64,000 bases of DNA. It comes from Fibrobacter sp. UBA4375 (GTDB taxonomy: Bacteria; Fibrobacterota; Fibrobacteria; Fibrobacterales; Fibrobacteraceae). A program made the translations under genes and the position numbers. Shown piece after piece: positions 7,949 to 18,212 of the stretch. The notes beneath the pieces were generated by a model. The model searched no databases, had not been told where the DNA came from, and saw only the letters and a program-made list of their open reading frames with translations. Where the stretch lies: the NCBI GenBank assembly GCA_002391195.1, contig DGRZ01000078.1, forward strand, positions 16,681-80,680, written 5' to 3'. Within the stretch, counting starts at the first letter, position 1. Every line of letters starts with the position of its first letter.

Positions 7949-9800
7949 CCAGAAGGACATACTGTCGCCTGCGTTCAAGGCCAATATCGACCATGTACTC
8001 GAAAATCTGCTGGCCGGTCTTCGCCCGCCTCCGGACATGACAATCAGCCAGTGGGCCGAAAAGTACCGCATTTTGGCGGGAACGGCATCGAGTGAACCGG
8101 GTCGGTGGAGCAATGCCCGCACGCCTTACCTTGTGGAAATCATGGATGAACTGTCGCCGCAAAGCTCCGCGACGGACGTTGTCTTCATGAAGGGGTCGCA
8201 AATTGGTGGCACCGAAGTTCTGATTAACACGGCGCTTTATTACATCAAGCATTGTCCTTCGCCGATTGGCATGTTCCAGACGACAGAGCAGACCGCCAAG
8301 CGTTTTTTGAAGCAACGCGTGAACCCTGCTATTACAGCGATGGGAATGGACGATTTGTTCTATGGCGACGAAATGTACATCAAGGAATTCCCTGGAGGTG
8401 TGCTAACAACCGGATGGAGCAACAGTCCTTCGAATTTCCGTTCGGCTCCTTTTGCAATTTCGTTGTGTGACGAAATTTCGGAATATCCGAAAGATTGCGG
8501 TGGCCAGGGCGACCCGTGCGAACTTGCCCGCCGGCGCACAACGAACTTCCCGCGCCGCAAGCTGTTCTGGAACTCTACTCCTGGCATCGAGGGTGAGTGC
8601 CGCATTACCGAAATGTTTGAACATGGCGACCAGCGGCATTATCAGGTGCCGTGCCCGCATTGCGGTGTATTGCATAAGTGGGAATGGGCTAACATTGTCT
8701 GGGATTGCGATGCTGAAGGCAGGAACCTGCCATATACCGTGCGCATGAAGTGCCCTCATTGCGGCGAAGAATATGGCGAATATCACAAGACCGAACTAAT
8801 GGCGCTCGGACAATGGGTGGCCGAAAATCCGGACGGCGAATATCCGAGCTTTGGCATCAATGCGCTCTATTCTCCTTTGGGATGGTATTCCTGGGAAGAT
8901 GCCGTCAAGGATTTCCTGAAGGCGAAGGGCGACGTGAACAAGATGAAATCGTTCACCAACAACGTCCTTGGCCAGGCTTGGAGTCTCGAAGACGGCAAGG
9001 TTGTGGACCCGAACGGACTTATGAGTCGCTGTGAAGGTTACGAGGCCGAAGTCCCGGATGGGACTGTGGTATTGACTGCAGGCGCAGACGTTCAGGATGA
9101 CCGTATCGAAGTCGAGGTGATTGGCTGGGGCCGAGGTCTTGAAAATTGGGGTATAACGAAAAAGATTCTTATCGGGAATCCGTCTGAGCAAGCTGTGTGG
9201 GATGCCCTGGACTCCGTTTTATTTGCAGCATACGAGAACTCGCTTGGCGAAAGCCTTTATGTTGCGGCTTCGCTGATTGACTCGGGTGGTCACCATACGG
9301 ATGATGTCTACCGCTATACGGCCAAGCGCGAGCGTAGAAATGTTTTTGCCTGTGTGGGTAAGGCTGGACTTGCTCGGCCGTTGGTAACTCGACCGCAAAA
9401 GACAAAAAAGAGCCTTGTCTATAATGCGTCTATCGTAAATGTCGGTGTAGACATTGCCAAGGACCAGTTGTACGATTGGCTATCGATTGAACGTCCTGGA
9501 CCTGGATACTGCCATTTCCCGGCAAGACCTGAAGAATACAACCAGGAATATTTCGCGCAGCTTACGGCCGAAAAGCGCTATAAAAAATGGGTCCGTGGAG
9601 TCCTTGTGTGGGCTTACAAGAAAATTCGCCAAAGAAACGAGGCTCTCGACATCAGGAACTATGCACGTGGTGCCTTGAACATTACGGGTATCGATGTTGA
9701 CAAGTTTGCTGCTGAAGGGAGGAAGTTCTTGCGGAATCCTAATGCGCCTGCAAAGCATAAATCAGGCATGAAACTCATTTCAAAGGGGGTTAACCTATGA
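7941..9800 (+). CDS. Terminase large subunit, lambda GpA family
   Basis: TPYLVEIMD, KGSQIGGTE, CDEISEYP, STP, CPHC pairs, AGADVQDDR, IDSGG, NEALD motifs. Confidence 0.95.
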   Translation: MDDQKDILSPAFKANIDHVLENLLAGLRPPPDMTISQWAEKYRILAGTASSEPGRWSNARTPYLVEIMDELSPQSSATDVVFMKGSQIGGTEVLINTALYYIKHCPSPIGMFQTTEQTAKRFLKQRVNPAITAMGMDDLFYGDEMYIKEFPGGVLTTGWSNSPSNFRSAPFAISLCDEISEYPKDCGGQGDPCELARRRTTNFPRRKLFWNSTPGIEGECRITEMFEHGDQRHYQVPCPHCGVLHKWEWANIVWDCDAEGRNLPYTVRMKCPHCGEEYGEYHKTELMALGQWVAENPDGEYPSFGINALYSPLGWYSWEDAVKDFLKAKGDVNKMKSFTNNVLGQAWSLEDGKVVDPNGLMSRCEGYEAEVPDGTVVLTAGADVQDDRIEVEVIGWGRGLENWGITKKILIGNPSEQAVWDALDSVLFAAYENSLGESLYVAASLIDSGGHHTDDVYRYTAKRERRNVFACVGKAGLARPLVTRPQKTKKSLVYNASIVNVGVDIAKDQLYDWLSIERPGPGYCHFPARPEEYNQEYFAQLTAEKRYKKWVRGVLVWAYKKIRQRNEALDIRNYARGALNITGIDVDKFAAEGRKFLRNPNAPAKHKSGMKLISKGVNL

Positions 9801-10456
9801 GTACGGTACGTTGTTCTCTGAAAGATCTGGCGAAAACGCTGGAAAAAGAAATCCAGAAAAACATAAAGCAGGTAAAGTTTGCGGCATCTGTCGCATTGAA
9901 CAATACGGCATTCAAGGCCCGTTCGAACCTTATCGATGAATACAAGAAGAGTTTTACCGTCAGGAATACCAACCTGCCGAAGGCCGTTACCGTAAAGAAG
10001 GCGACCAAGGAAAAGCTGACTGCAGAGGTCTCTTTCCCGAAAGACTGGATGTACATCAACACGAAAGGTGGGAAAAAGGAGCCCGAGCACAGCAAGGTTC
10101 TTATGGTTCCGCTCAAGAATGGTGGCCTCAAGGATTACCGGACGCAATCCGGAAAGATCAAGCAGTCGCAAAAGCCTGGCAACTTGCTCAAATATGCCGA
10201 TTCACATCCGCTAAAGACGAAGGCCCACGTGGCCACGCCTCATCCGTTCGTGATGCAGAATAAGAAGGGGCAGATGATGATTGCCGTAAGGGACAAGGCG
10301 AATCGCAAGGACTTGAAGTTCCTTTATGTGGGCGTTCCGACGGCAAATGTCAAGAAAAGGTGGGATTTTGAGAAGATTGTCCAGGATACGGCAGCAAAGG
10401 AATTGCCGAAAATGTTCGACGATGCCCTGAAAAAGGCGATGGCTACGGCAAAATAG
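9797..10456 (+). CDS. Basic virion morphogenesis protein (gpZ-like)
   Basis: QVKFAASVALNNTA motif; Lys/Arg rich. Confidence 0.55.
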   Translation: MSTVRCSLKDLAKTLEKEIQKNIKQVKFAASVALNNTAFKARSNLIDEYKKSFTVRNTNLPKAVTVKKATKEKLTAEVSFPKDWMYINTKGGKKEPEHSKVLMVPLKNGGLKDYRTQSGKIKQSQKPGNLLKYADSHPLKTKAHVATPHPFVMQNKKGQMMIAVRDKANRKDLKFLYVGVPTANVKKRWDFEKIVQDTAAKELPKMFDDALKKAMATAK

Positions 10457-10521
10457 CCTAAAAAAAAGATGTTCCCTTTTTCACTTTTTGGGCTTTTGAA
10501 TGGGCTATTTTGTTGATTGAA

Positions 10522-10752
10522 ATGAAATACCCTGTAGAACTATGTCGTCAAATGGTATCCGAGTATCAGTCGGCGCTTTCTGCCGTACTGAAGTCCCAGT
10601 CATATTCCATTGGCGGCCGCTCGATGACCAGGGCCAATATCGCAGAAATTGAAAAAGGTTTGGAAAAATGGTCCAACAGGCTTGAAGCCGCGCAGAACGG
10701 GGCGCATTCAGGAAAACCGCGTGTGAGGAGTGTGATTGCCCATGTCTTCTAA
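10522..10752 (+). CDS. Head-tail joining protein (gpW-like)
   Basis: SQSYSIGGRSMTRANIAEI; sits immediately before the portal. Confidence 0.8.
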   Translation: MKYPVELCRQMVSEYQSALSAVLKSQSYSIGGRSMTRANIAEIEKGLEKWSNRLEAAQNGAHSGKPRVRSVIAHVF

Positions 10753-12277
10753 GATGATTCGTGGATATGGCCAACGCGGTCTTGCATGGTATGGCGCTTC
10801 TTTTGCAAATGAGGCTCTGAAGACTTTTAACGTGTCCAAGGGGTCTGCTGACCGAGATATTTCTGTCGATCGGGAAACGTTGATGCTTCGGGCTCGAAGC
10901 CTCTACCAGAATTCGGCTTTTTCCGGTGCGCTTATCAATACCCTTGACATTAATGTGGTTGGAACTGGGCTAAAGCTTCGTCCGGTTATTCCTCAAGATC
11001 TTCTTGGCATCGACCGAAAGAAGGCGCATGCGTGGGAAAAGAAAGTCCAGGCTCTTTTTGGGCTTTGGGCGTCTTCCAAGAAATGCGATACAGAAAAGAA
11101 GGCTGATTTCCATGAACTTCAGTCTTTGGCGTTAAAAACTCAGCTTGTGACCGGAGATGCTTTTGCGTTGACTCAGTATGACCGCAAAGCGAATCCTTTT
11201 GGAATGCGTATCAAGCTGCTTGAAGCTGACCGTTGCCAGAATCCGTTTTACGAAATGGATACGCAGCGATTGGCTCAGGGTATCGAAGTCGATAAGAACG
11301 GTGCTGCTGTTGCTTATCACTTCACGAAGATCCCGCCGTACAACATTGACGATTACATTGCGTCGCTCGAGACGGTGCGAGTTCCTGCGTTTGACTCGTT
11401 TGGATATCCGAACGTAATTCATTGTTTTACTGCTGATCGTACAGACCAACGGCGAGGTGTATCTGCGTTGGCTCCGATTATTCGTCAGGTAAAACAGCAA
11501 GAACGCTACCAGGATGCGGAGTTGATCGCCGCCGTAGTTAGTGCGTTATTTACAGTGTTCCTTGAAAACAATAATCCGGATGAAACTCCGGAACTTGAAG
11601 GAAATGTTCCGGACGAAGAAAAGGTTGGCGATTATGCAGGTCCGAAAACTCCGATTGAAATGAGTTCTGGCGGAATTGTCGAGCTGCCTTTCGGTTACAA
11701 AATGAACCTGGCGAAGTCTGAAAGGCCGAATGTAAATTACAAGCCTTTTGTTGATTCGATTTTTTGCGAAGCTGCCGCAAGGATTGGCGTGAGTTACGAA
11801 GTCGTTTTGAAACAATTCAATTCGAGCTATAACGCGGTCCGCGCAGCTCTTCTGGAATCAAAAAAGACCTTCAATAGAATAAAGAAAAATTTTGTTGCTG
11901 ATTTTTGCCAGCCCATTTATGAAAAATGGCTTTACCAGGCTGTCCTTGTCGGGATGATTGATGTTCCGAATTTCATGAAGGATGAACTGGAACGTATGAT
12001 GTGGAGCCGTTGTTCGTGGATTGGTGATTCGGCATTCCTCCTTGATCCGCTGAAAGAAACTCAGGCTATGAAGATGCAGGTTGACGAACAGTACATGAGC
12101 CGTAGTGCGGCCGTTACTTCTGTTACCGGAGGTTCTTACGAGCGAGTCGTTGATGAACTGGCTGAAGAAAAACTGATGCGCGAAGAGCGTGGATTGCCGG
12201 AACCGGGTTCTGTGAACAAAAGTGAGAATGTAAGCACGACTACCGTTGAAGATGGTGAAAAGGATTCTGATAAATGA
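10742..12277 (+). CDS. Portal protein, lambda family
   Basis: LMLRARSLYQN, NVVGTGL, GIEVD..G...AYH, QRRGVS, SSYNAVRA, DPLKE motifs. Confidence 0.95.
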   Translation: MSSKMIRGYGQRGLAWYGASFANEALKTFNVSKGSADRDISVDRETLMLRARSLYQNSAFSGALINTLDINVVGTGLKLRPVIPQDLLGIDRKKAHAWEKKVQALFGLWASSKKCDTEKKADFHELQSLALKTQLVTGDAFALTQYDRKANPFGMRIKLLEADRCQNPFYEMDTQRLAQGIEVDKNGAAVAYHFTKIPPYNIDDYIASLETVRVPAFDSFGYPNVIHCFTADRTDQRRGVSALAPIIRQVKQQERYQDAELIAAVVSALFTVFLENNNPDETPELEGNVPDEEKVGDYAGPKTPIEMSSGGIVELPFGYKMNLAKSERPNVNYKPFVDSIFCEAAARIGVSYEVVLKQFNSSYNAVRAALLESKKTFNRIKKNFVADFCQPIYEKWLYQAVLVGMIDVPNFMKDELERMMWSRCSWIGDSAFLLDPLKETQAMKMQVDEQYMSRSAAVTSVTGGSYERVVDELAEEKLMREERGLPEPGSVNKSENVSTTTVEDGEKDSDK

Positions 12278-13587
12278 GCAAAACATTTGTAAATAAGATT
12301 TTGTCTGCTCGACTTGCAATCCGTAAGGAAGATGCCGATGTTCTTGCGTCTTCTGATATTAATTATTTTGATGAAAAAGGAAATTGGAAAGGTTCGCGGA
12401 AGCCTGACGGCGAAATCGACCTTGTGAACAATATTACCTTTCGCGAAGACGGTATTGCAGTTATTCACGTTGACGGTGCGCTGTCTTATCGTAGCGACTT
12501 TTGGTCGTATTGGTTTGGTGAGGATACCTACAATAGCATCGAGGCTGCATTCGATAAGTGTATGGCCGATGATGACGTAAAGGGAATCTTGTTCGATATC
12601 AATAGTCCCGGCGGTGAAGTTGGCGGATGCGCTGACCTGTCCGACAAAATTTTCAACGCTCGTGGTAGCAAGCCTTACGGCATCGTGGCTCGCACGGGTG
12701 GCATGATGTGTTCCGCTGCCTATTGGCTCGGCTCCAGCTGCGAAAAGGTTTTCACAGCAAGCAATGGAACTCTCGGGTCTATCGGTGTGCTATGCGCATT
12801 TACGAAAATCAAGGAATCTATCCTGGAAACCCAGGTGGTAGTTTCCGATTTGAGTAAAAACAAGGATCCCAATCCGGATGATCCGGAAGGCTTGAAACTT
12901 ATCAAAGAAGAATTGAACTCCCTCGCTGAAGTGTTCATTGATGCTGTTGCTCGCAATCGCGGCACCACGGCAGAAGATGTGAAACAGAACTTCGGCCAAG
13001 GAGGCGTGTTTATCGGTGACAAGGCTGTTGCCGCAAACCTTGCAGATGGAGTAATGTCCATTGACGAAGTCTGTGAGAATATGAAAAGCAATGGACTGAA
13101 TTTTAATGGAGGTGCCGCAATGGCTACTAACGTTAAGGGTGCCGAAGGTGGAAAGCCCGAGGCTGTTGATATGGAAGCCGTGAAGGCCCAGGCTGTCGCC
13201 GATTACAAGGCTCGCGTCGCTTCCATCGAAGGTGTCTTTGAAGGACTCGAAATTTCTGCCGAAGACAAGGCTAGGTTTATCGATGGTGATAAGACCGTTG
13301 CCGAAGCTACGGAATTCGCCCTCTCGAAGGCCAAGGAAAAACTTGTCGCCCAGGCCGAAGACTTGAAGAAGGTTTCTGCTGAACGTGACGATCTCAAGTC
13401 GAAGGTTGCAAACGCGCCTGCCGCGGATGCAAATCTTACCGACGCGCAGAAGCTTGCCATTCAAAAGGGTCTTGAGGCAGAATCTGCTGCCGCGAACAGC
13501 ATCGAGGGCGGAGCGAAGTCTGCTGAAGGAGCTGAAGAAGCGGAAAAGAAGGCTATTCACGAAGCGTTCGCTCGCGGAATGAAGTAA
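12274..13587 (+). CDS. S49 capsid maturation protease with C-terminal scaffold (gpC/Nu3-like)
   Basis: DINSPGG, MCSAAYWLGS, GSIGV S49 motifs; Ala/Glu/Lys-rich C-terminus. Confidence 0.92.
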   Translation: MSKTFVNKILSARLAIRKEDADVLASSDINYFDEKGNWKGSRKPDGEIDLVNNITFREDGIAVIHVDGALSYRSDFWSYWFGEDTYNSIEAAFDKCMADDDVKGILFDINSPGGEVGGCADLSDKIFNARGSKPYGIVARTGGMMCSAAYWLGSSCEKVFTASNGTLGSIGVLCAFTKIKESILETQVVVSDLSKNKDPNPDDPEGLKLIKEELNSLAEVFIDAVARNRGTTAEDVKQNFGQGGVFIGDKAVAANLADGVMSIDEVCENMKSNGLNFNGGAAMATNVKGAEGGKPEAVDMEAVKAQAVADYKARVASIEGVFEGLEISAEDKARFIDGDKTVAEATEFALSKAKEKLVAQAEDLKKVSAERDDLKSKVANAPAADANLTDAQKLAIQKGLEAESAAANSIEGGAKSAEGAEEAEKKAIHEAFARGMK

Positions 13588-13599
13588 CAAGGAGTAAAC

Positions 13600-14283
13600 A
13601 TGTATCAGGCTCAAACTACTGAATACGAAAAGCTGATCGCGGGCGATTACCCGATCGTTCGCGAGGCTGTTACCATTGCTGGTGACAGCGAGCTCAAGGC
13701 GGGAACGGTTCTTGCTTCTAACGGTGTTGCAGCTTCTGCCACCAAGGCTAAGAAGTCTGTGACTTTCACCGGCACGCCGGTTGCAAGCAAGTCTATCAAG
13801 GTTGCTGTGGATGGCAAGGAAGTGACCTACACGACTGCTTCTACGACTCTCGCAACCGAAGTCGCTGGAATCAAGGCTGCAATCAATGCCGACAACACTT
13901 TGAAAAACATCGTTGCGGCAACCAATAGTGATGGCAAGCTTTCTATCGAATGGAAGACTGCTGGCAAGGCTGGCAACGACATGGAAATCGTCGTTACTGT
14001 TGGCGGTGGTGCTGGTGTTGAAGCCGGCGATGTTGCTGTTGAAGTTGTCGGCGAAGATGTCGGTGACGAACGTTTCGAAATCGTGGATTCCGGAAGCGGT
14101 ACGGCCGCTCTTCAGGAACCGGCCGCTGTTCTTCTTGAAGATGCCGCTCCTGGCGAAACTAAACTCGCTGCGTTCTGTGGTGAATTCAATCAGGCTGAAC
14201 TGATTTTCAAGGAAGGTCAGTCTATCAACAATTTCAAGGTCAAACTTCGCAAGATTGGCGTCTTTGCCAAGGCTTGCGTCTAA
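13600..14283 (+). CDS. Head decoration protein (gpD-like) with an inserted domain
   Basis: LIAGD...VTIA...LKAGTVL N-part and P.AVLLED...GEFN..EL C-part, split by an insert of about 115 aa. Confidence 0.75.
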   Translation: MYQAQTTEYEKLIAGDYPIVREAVTIAGDSELKAGTVLASNGVAASATKAKKSVTFTGTPVASKSIKVAVDGKEVTYTTASTTLATEVAGIKAAINADNTLKNIVAATNSDGKLSIEWKTAGKAGNDMEIVVTVGGGAGVEAGDVAVEVVGEDVGDERFEIVDSGSGTAALQEPAAVLLEDAAPGETKLAAFCGEFNQAELIFKEGQSINNFKVKLRKIGVFAKACV

Positions 14284-14295
14284 GGAGGTGTCAAT

Positions 14296-15321
14296 ATGGC
14301 TGTTACTGTTGACGTTACCGATGCCAAGGAACTTACCCTTGCAGTTAACAATGACAAGGATTCCCGTCGTTTTCTTGCTTCTTTCTTCAAGCCTCTCGAT
14401 CACCAGACGCGCGACATCATGATCGACTTCGTGGAAGGCTCCCAGACGCTTGCACCGTTTGTCCGCGATGGCGATTCTGCCACCGTGTCTCATCGTAGCG
14501 GTTACAAGTCCCGTTTCGTTCATGCCTATGGCATCGAACTCAAGCGCCCGACCCATGCTTTCGACTGCCTCAAGCGTCTGCCTGGCGAACAGACGGTTTA
14601 TGCGGGCAAGGCTGTCAGCCCCAGTGTGCGTGCTGCAGAACTTGCCGGTCGTGATCTCAAGGATCTTAAGAACCGTGTCTATCGCACTGTCGAAAAGATC
14701 ATCTCTGATGGTTTCTTCGGCGGTAAGTTCGACATTACCGACAAGGATGGCAAGAAAATTGATTCCGTTGATCTCGGCCGTTCTTCTTCCCACGTGCTGA
14801 CGAAGGAATGGGGCGCAAGCTACGACGGAATTTCCACTGACCTCGATGATATGGCAACCCTTATCAACGAAGATTCCGGTTTGACCGCGACGGACGTTAT
14901 TCTTGGCAAGACCGCTCATGCTAAGATTCAGAAGAATACCAAGTTCATGAAAGATTTGGACACGAAGAATCTTGACGGTGTCCGCGCTGCCATGAACTTC
15001 AAGATGGAAGGCATTGGTGCCCGTCTTGTTGGCGTCATTGGCGGTCTGCGTGTTTGGCGCTACGACGAAGTTTTCAAGAATGCTGCTGGCGACAAGGTGT
15101 CTATCATTCCGGCTAACGGCGTCCTCATACTCAGTGACGAAATGCAGGCCACCTTGCACCGTGGTATCGTTGGCGACAACGATATCGGCTGGTTCGAAGG
15201 TGAATTCGCTGCAGACACCTGGTACGAAAAGGACCCGTCCACTCAGTGGCTGCGTCTCCGTTCCGCTCCGCTTCCGATCTGCGAACAGATTGATGCAACC
15301 TGTGTAGCGACTATCGCCTAA
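14296..15321 (+). CDS. Major capsid protein (lambda gpE family)
   Basis: FLASFF, LAPFV, W...DPS...LRLRSAPLP motifs; position after the decoration gene. Confidence 0.93.
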   Translation: MAVTVDVTDAKELTLAVNNDKDSRRFLASFFKPLDHQTRDIMIDFVEGSQTLAPFVRDGDSATVSHRSGYKSRFVHAYGIELKRPTHAFDCLKRLPGEQTVYAGKAVSPSVRAAELAGRDLKDLKNRVYRTVEKIISDGFFGGKFDITDKDGKKIDSVDLGRSSSHVLTKEWGASYDGISTDLDDMATLINEDSGLTATDVILGKTAHAKIQKNTKFMKDLDTKNLDGVRAAMNFKMEGIGARLVGVIGGLRVWRYDEVFKNAAGDKVSIIPANGVLILSDEMQATLHRGIVGDNDIGWFEGEFAADTWYEKDPSTQWLRLRSAPLPICEQIDATCVATIA

Positions 15322-15330
15322 GGAAATACG

Positions 15331-15675
15331 ATGTCTTTCAAGGACGACCTCATGCAAGACCTCAACGATTCGTTCTTTAACGAGAATGAATTCGGCGAGG
15401 TCGTGACCCTGACTCGCGGTGGCGCAAGTTACCAGATGAAGGGCTTGTTTGATACGCCGGGGTTGTCCAATGAAAGCGTTGGTGAAGTTTCGGTGATTGC
15501 CCATACTCCGCGCCTGTTTGTGCGGTCTTCGGATCTCCCTGATTCGAAACCGCGCAAGGGCGACGTGTTTACGTTGGGCTCTACGCCGTTTCATCGTGCG
15601 ATGAAACTTTCTGCTATTGATTTTGTGTTTGAAAAAGACGGGACCGTTGTTTATAGCCTGGAGGAATCGAAATGA
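15331..15675 (+). CDS. Head-tail connector (FII-like)
   Basis: MSFKDDLMQDLNDSFFNENEFGE motif; position. Confidence 0.7.
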   Translation: MSFKDDLMQDLNDSFFNENEFGEVVTLTRGGASYQMKGLFDTPGLSNESVGEVSVIAHTPRLFVRSSDLPDSKPRKGDVFTLGSTPFHRAMKLSAIDFVFEKDGTVVYSLEESK

Positions 15676-16304
15676 GCGTGACGCCAAGGACTTTGAATTG
15701 CATCAAGGATTTTCGCCATGCCGTTGTTGATTCTTTGAAGGCTGCAAACCTTTTCGGTATAGGCCAGAATGTTTCTGCATCTCGCGAAATGAAGGCCTAT
15801 CCGGACGAGGAATCGTTTATCATAGTCAATGTGCCTAACATTGATTTTGACGATAAAAGCACCAGTCCCCGTTTTTATTTTGCAAAATCGGAACTGCGTA
15901 TCGATATTTATGCCCGTAGTTTTTTGGACTGCGAAAGTAATATTGAAGGCGTTAGTTCCGTATCTGATTTGAATGATTTTCTGGACGATACCATGCAAGC
16001 TGTTGCTGCCGTGATAGACCCTTGCCCGTATTGGGAGGGGCCCTATCAAGGACTTGTGACAAAATGCGTCTTGCGTTCTTACGTTAATAATCTTTCGGTT
16101 CGCTCTGAAGCTACAAGAGGTGCGGCTACGCTTACCTTTGAGGTTTCTTTCACTGCGAAAATCGACAGGTCCGCTGCCACAAAAGATTTCTTGCGTGCGA
16201 ACAACTCGATTAAGACTGGTAGTCAGTCTATGGATTTTCAAACTGTGCTGAGACCTGGCGAACAGGCCGAAGCCGAAACAGCGGATAATTCCGCAGGGAA
16301 CTAA
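15672..16304 (+). CDS. Putative tail terminator/neck protein
   Basis: Position before the sheath; RHAVVDSLK...NVSASR...P pattern. Confidence 0.55.
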   Translation: MSVTPRTLNCIKDFRHAVVDSLKAANLFGIGQNVSASREMKAYPDEESFIIVNVPNIDFDDKSTSPRFYFAKSELRIDIYARSFLDCESNIEGVSSVSDLNDFLDDTMQAVAAVIDPCPYWEGPYQGLVTKCVLRSYVNNLSVRSEATRGAATLTFEVSFTAKIDRSAATKDFLRANNSIKTGSQSMDFQTVLRPGEQAEAETADNSAGN

Positions 16305-16307
16305 GAA

Positions 16308-17798
16308 ATGAGTATTTCTTTTGAACAAATTCCTGCCGATAATATGTATCCAATCTTCGCTACGGAATTCGGTGGCTCCATGTCTGCCAAGTCCGGTGCG
16401 ATGCCTTGGAAAAACTTGATTGTTGGCCAGCCGCTCCGTTCCAAGATGAGCGAGAACGGTTCCCTTACTCTCATTACTAGCGACGAACAGGCTGACGCCT
16501 TGTTTGGTTCTGGCTCGCAGCTTGCCTTGATGTGCAAGGCCTTCCGCAAGAATACCAAGTCGAGTGAACTTTGGGCCCTTCCTGTGGCGGACGATTCGAC
16601 CGCTGATGCGGCCGAGGGTTCCTTGACTTTCGAAATCGAAGGTGCGGAAGAAACTCCGAAACTTGCTGCTGGTGGAACCGTCCGTCTGATGATTTCCGGA
16701 CAGACTTGCCCGGTGAATGTCTCTGCAGGTGATTCTGCAGCAAACGTCGCTACGAAGGTTGCCGCAGCTATCAATGCGAAGATAAACTTGCCCGTTACGG
16801 CAACCGCAGATGCAGCTGTTGTTACCTTGACTGCCAAGAACCTCGGCGCTTGTGGCAACGGCCTCGATATTCGCTGGAACCACAACCAGGGCGAAGTCCT
16901 TCCGAGTGGTTTGGGCATCACTCTTGCTGCAATGGCAAATGGTGGTGCTGATCCGCTTTACGAAGACGCACGTGTCAAGGAAACTTGTTCCGGAAACTGG
17001 TTCAACATGGTCGTTATCGGCTCTGCAGATACCGACAACGTCAACTACATCAAGGAAATGCTTGACGAACGTTGGACGGCGATTGTCCAGCAGACTGGCG
17101 TGATGTGCTTCAGTCTCAATGGCGGTGCCGAAACTGATTACACGGACAAGGCCAACGCGCTAAATTCCCAGGAAATTGTCCTTGCTGCATTGCCGAAGTC
17201 CCCAACTTCCGGTGCCGAAAAAGCTTCCGCGTTGTTCGGCTGTGTGGCTCCCAAGGCACTGAACGACCCGGCGAAGCCGTTGCACAATTACGATGTTGCT
17301 GGCGTTGTCGCACCCCGTCGCGACGACCGCGAGGACTACTACGGCAATAACCGCCTTCTCAAGTCTGGCTGTGCCCTGATGGTTGCTGCTGAAGACGGTA
17401 GCGTGTTTACCAGCCGCATTGTGACGACTTACAAGCGTAATGCCCAGGGCGTGCAGGATAAGAGCTTCTTGCAGCTCGAAACGGTTCTGACTCTCAGCTA
17501 CTTGCGTTGGGACTGGAACAACTATTTAGCTTTGAAGTATCCGCAAGCAAAACTTGCCCCGGATGGCAGTAAGTTCGGCAAGGGGCAGCAGGTGATGACT
17601 CCGTCTCTCGGCAAGGCGGAACTCATCAAATGCTATAAGGTCTGGGAAGAAAAAGGTCTCGTTTACGACAGTGCAGGTTTTGCCGCGAATGTCGTAGTCG
17701 AGCTTGACCCTGAAGATGAATACGCGATGAATTTCTTGATTCCGGCACACCTGATCAAGCAGTTCTTTATTTCGAAATCCAAAATTGTTCATGACTAA
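16308..17798 (+). CDS. Tail sheath protein (Mu gpL family)
   Basis: MSISFEQIP, A..LFGSGSQLALM, TTYKRNAQG..D.SFL, YP..KLA.DG motifs. Confidence 0.95.
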   Translation: MSISFEQIPADNMYPIFATEFGGSMSAKSGAMPWKNLIVGQPLRSKMSENGSLTLITSDEQADALFGSGSQLALMCKAFRKNTKSSELWALPVADDSTADAAEGSLTFEIEGAEETPKLAAGGTVRLMISGQTCPVNVSAGDSAANVATKVAAAINAKINLPVTATADAAVVTLTAKNLGACGNGLDIRWNHNQGEVLPSGLGITLAAMANGGADPLYEDARVKETCSGNWFNMVVIGSADTDNVNYIKEMLDERWTAIVQQTGVMCFSLNGGAETDYTDKANALNSQEIVLAALPKSPTSGAEKASALFGCVAPKALNDPAKPLHNYDVAGVVAPRRDDREDYYGNNRLLKSGCALMVAAEDGSVFTSRIVTTYKRNAQGVQDKSFLQLETVLTLSYLRWDWNNYLALKYPQAKLAPDGSKFGKGQQVMTPSLGKAELIKCYKVWEEKGLVYDSAGFAANVVVELDPEDEYAMNFLIPAHLIKQFFISKSKIVHD

Positions 17799-17809
17799 GG
17801 AGGATTACG

Positions 17810-18187
17810 ATGGACGAAATTGAAGTTGTCGGCGGAGAGTACGAATTCAAGATAAATGGTTTCATTTACAACTTGAAGGGTCATCCGAACATTGAATATG
17901 GTGGCAAGCACTATGAACCGGTTATCGGTCCTGGTGGAGTTGTCAACGGTTACAAGTGCGTGGGCGAAAACCCGAGCAAGATTTCTGTCACCTTGACTGA
18001 TACGAGCGATCTTGACATTGTTGAACTTCAGCAAATCAAGAACGCTACAATCACGCTCAGAAAGCCTCAGGGAAAGACGTTCGTTATGACTGGTGCAAGT
18101 TGTAGCGCTCCTATTACCGAGTCTTGCGAAGATGGCGAAGTGACGGTTGAATTCTCCGGAAAACCGGCAGATGACCAAAAGTCGTAG
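17810..18187 (+). CDS. Tail tube protein (Mu gpM family)
   Basis: 125 aa directly after the sheath; ends DGEVTVEFSG. Confidence 0.85.
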   Translation: MDEIEVVGGEYEFKINGFIYNLKGHPNIEYGGKHYEPVIGPGGVVNGYKCVGENPSKISVTLTDTSDLDIVELQQIKNATITLRKPQGKTFVMTGASCSAPITESCEDGEVTVEFSGKPADDQKS

Positions 18188-18212
18188 TTCGATGCCTTAT
18201 CTACGGCTTATA

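Noticed and set aside
12790-15687. 965-aa minus-strand ORF
   Set aside because: Antisense shadow of the protease, decoration, capsid and connector genes; no motifs; explained by codon bias and shared frame phase
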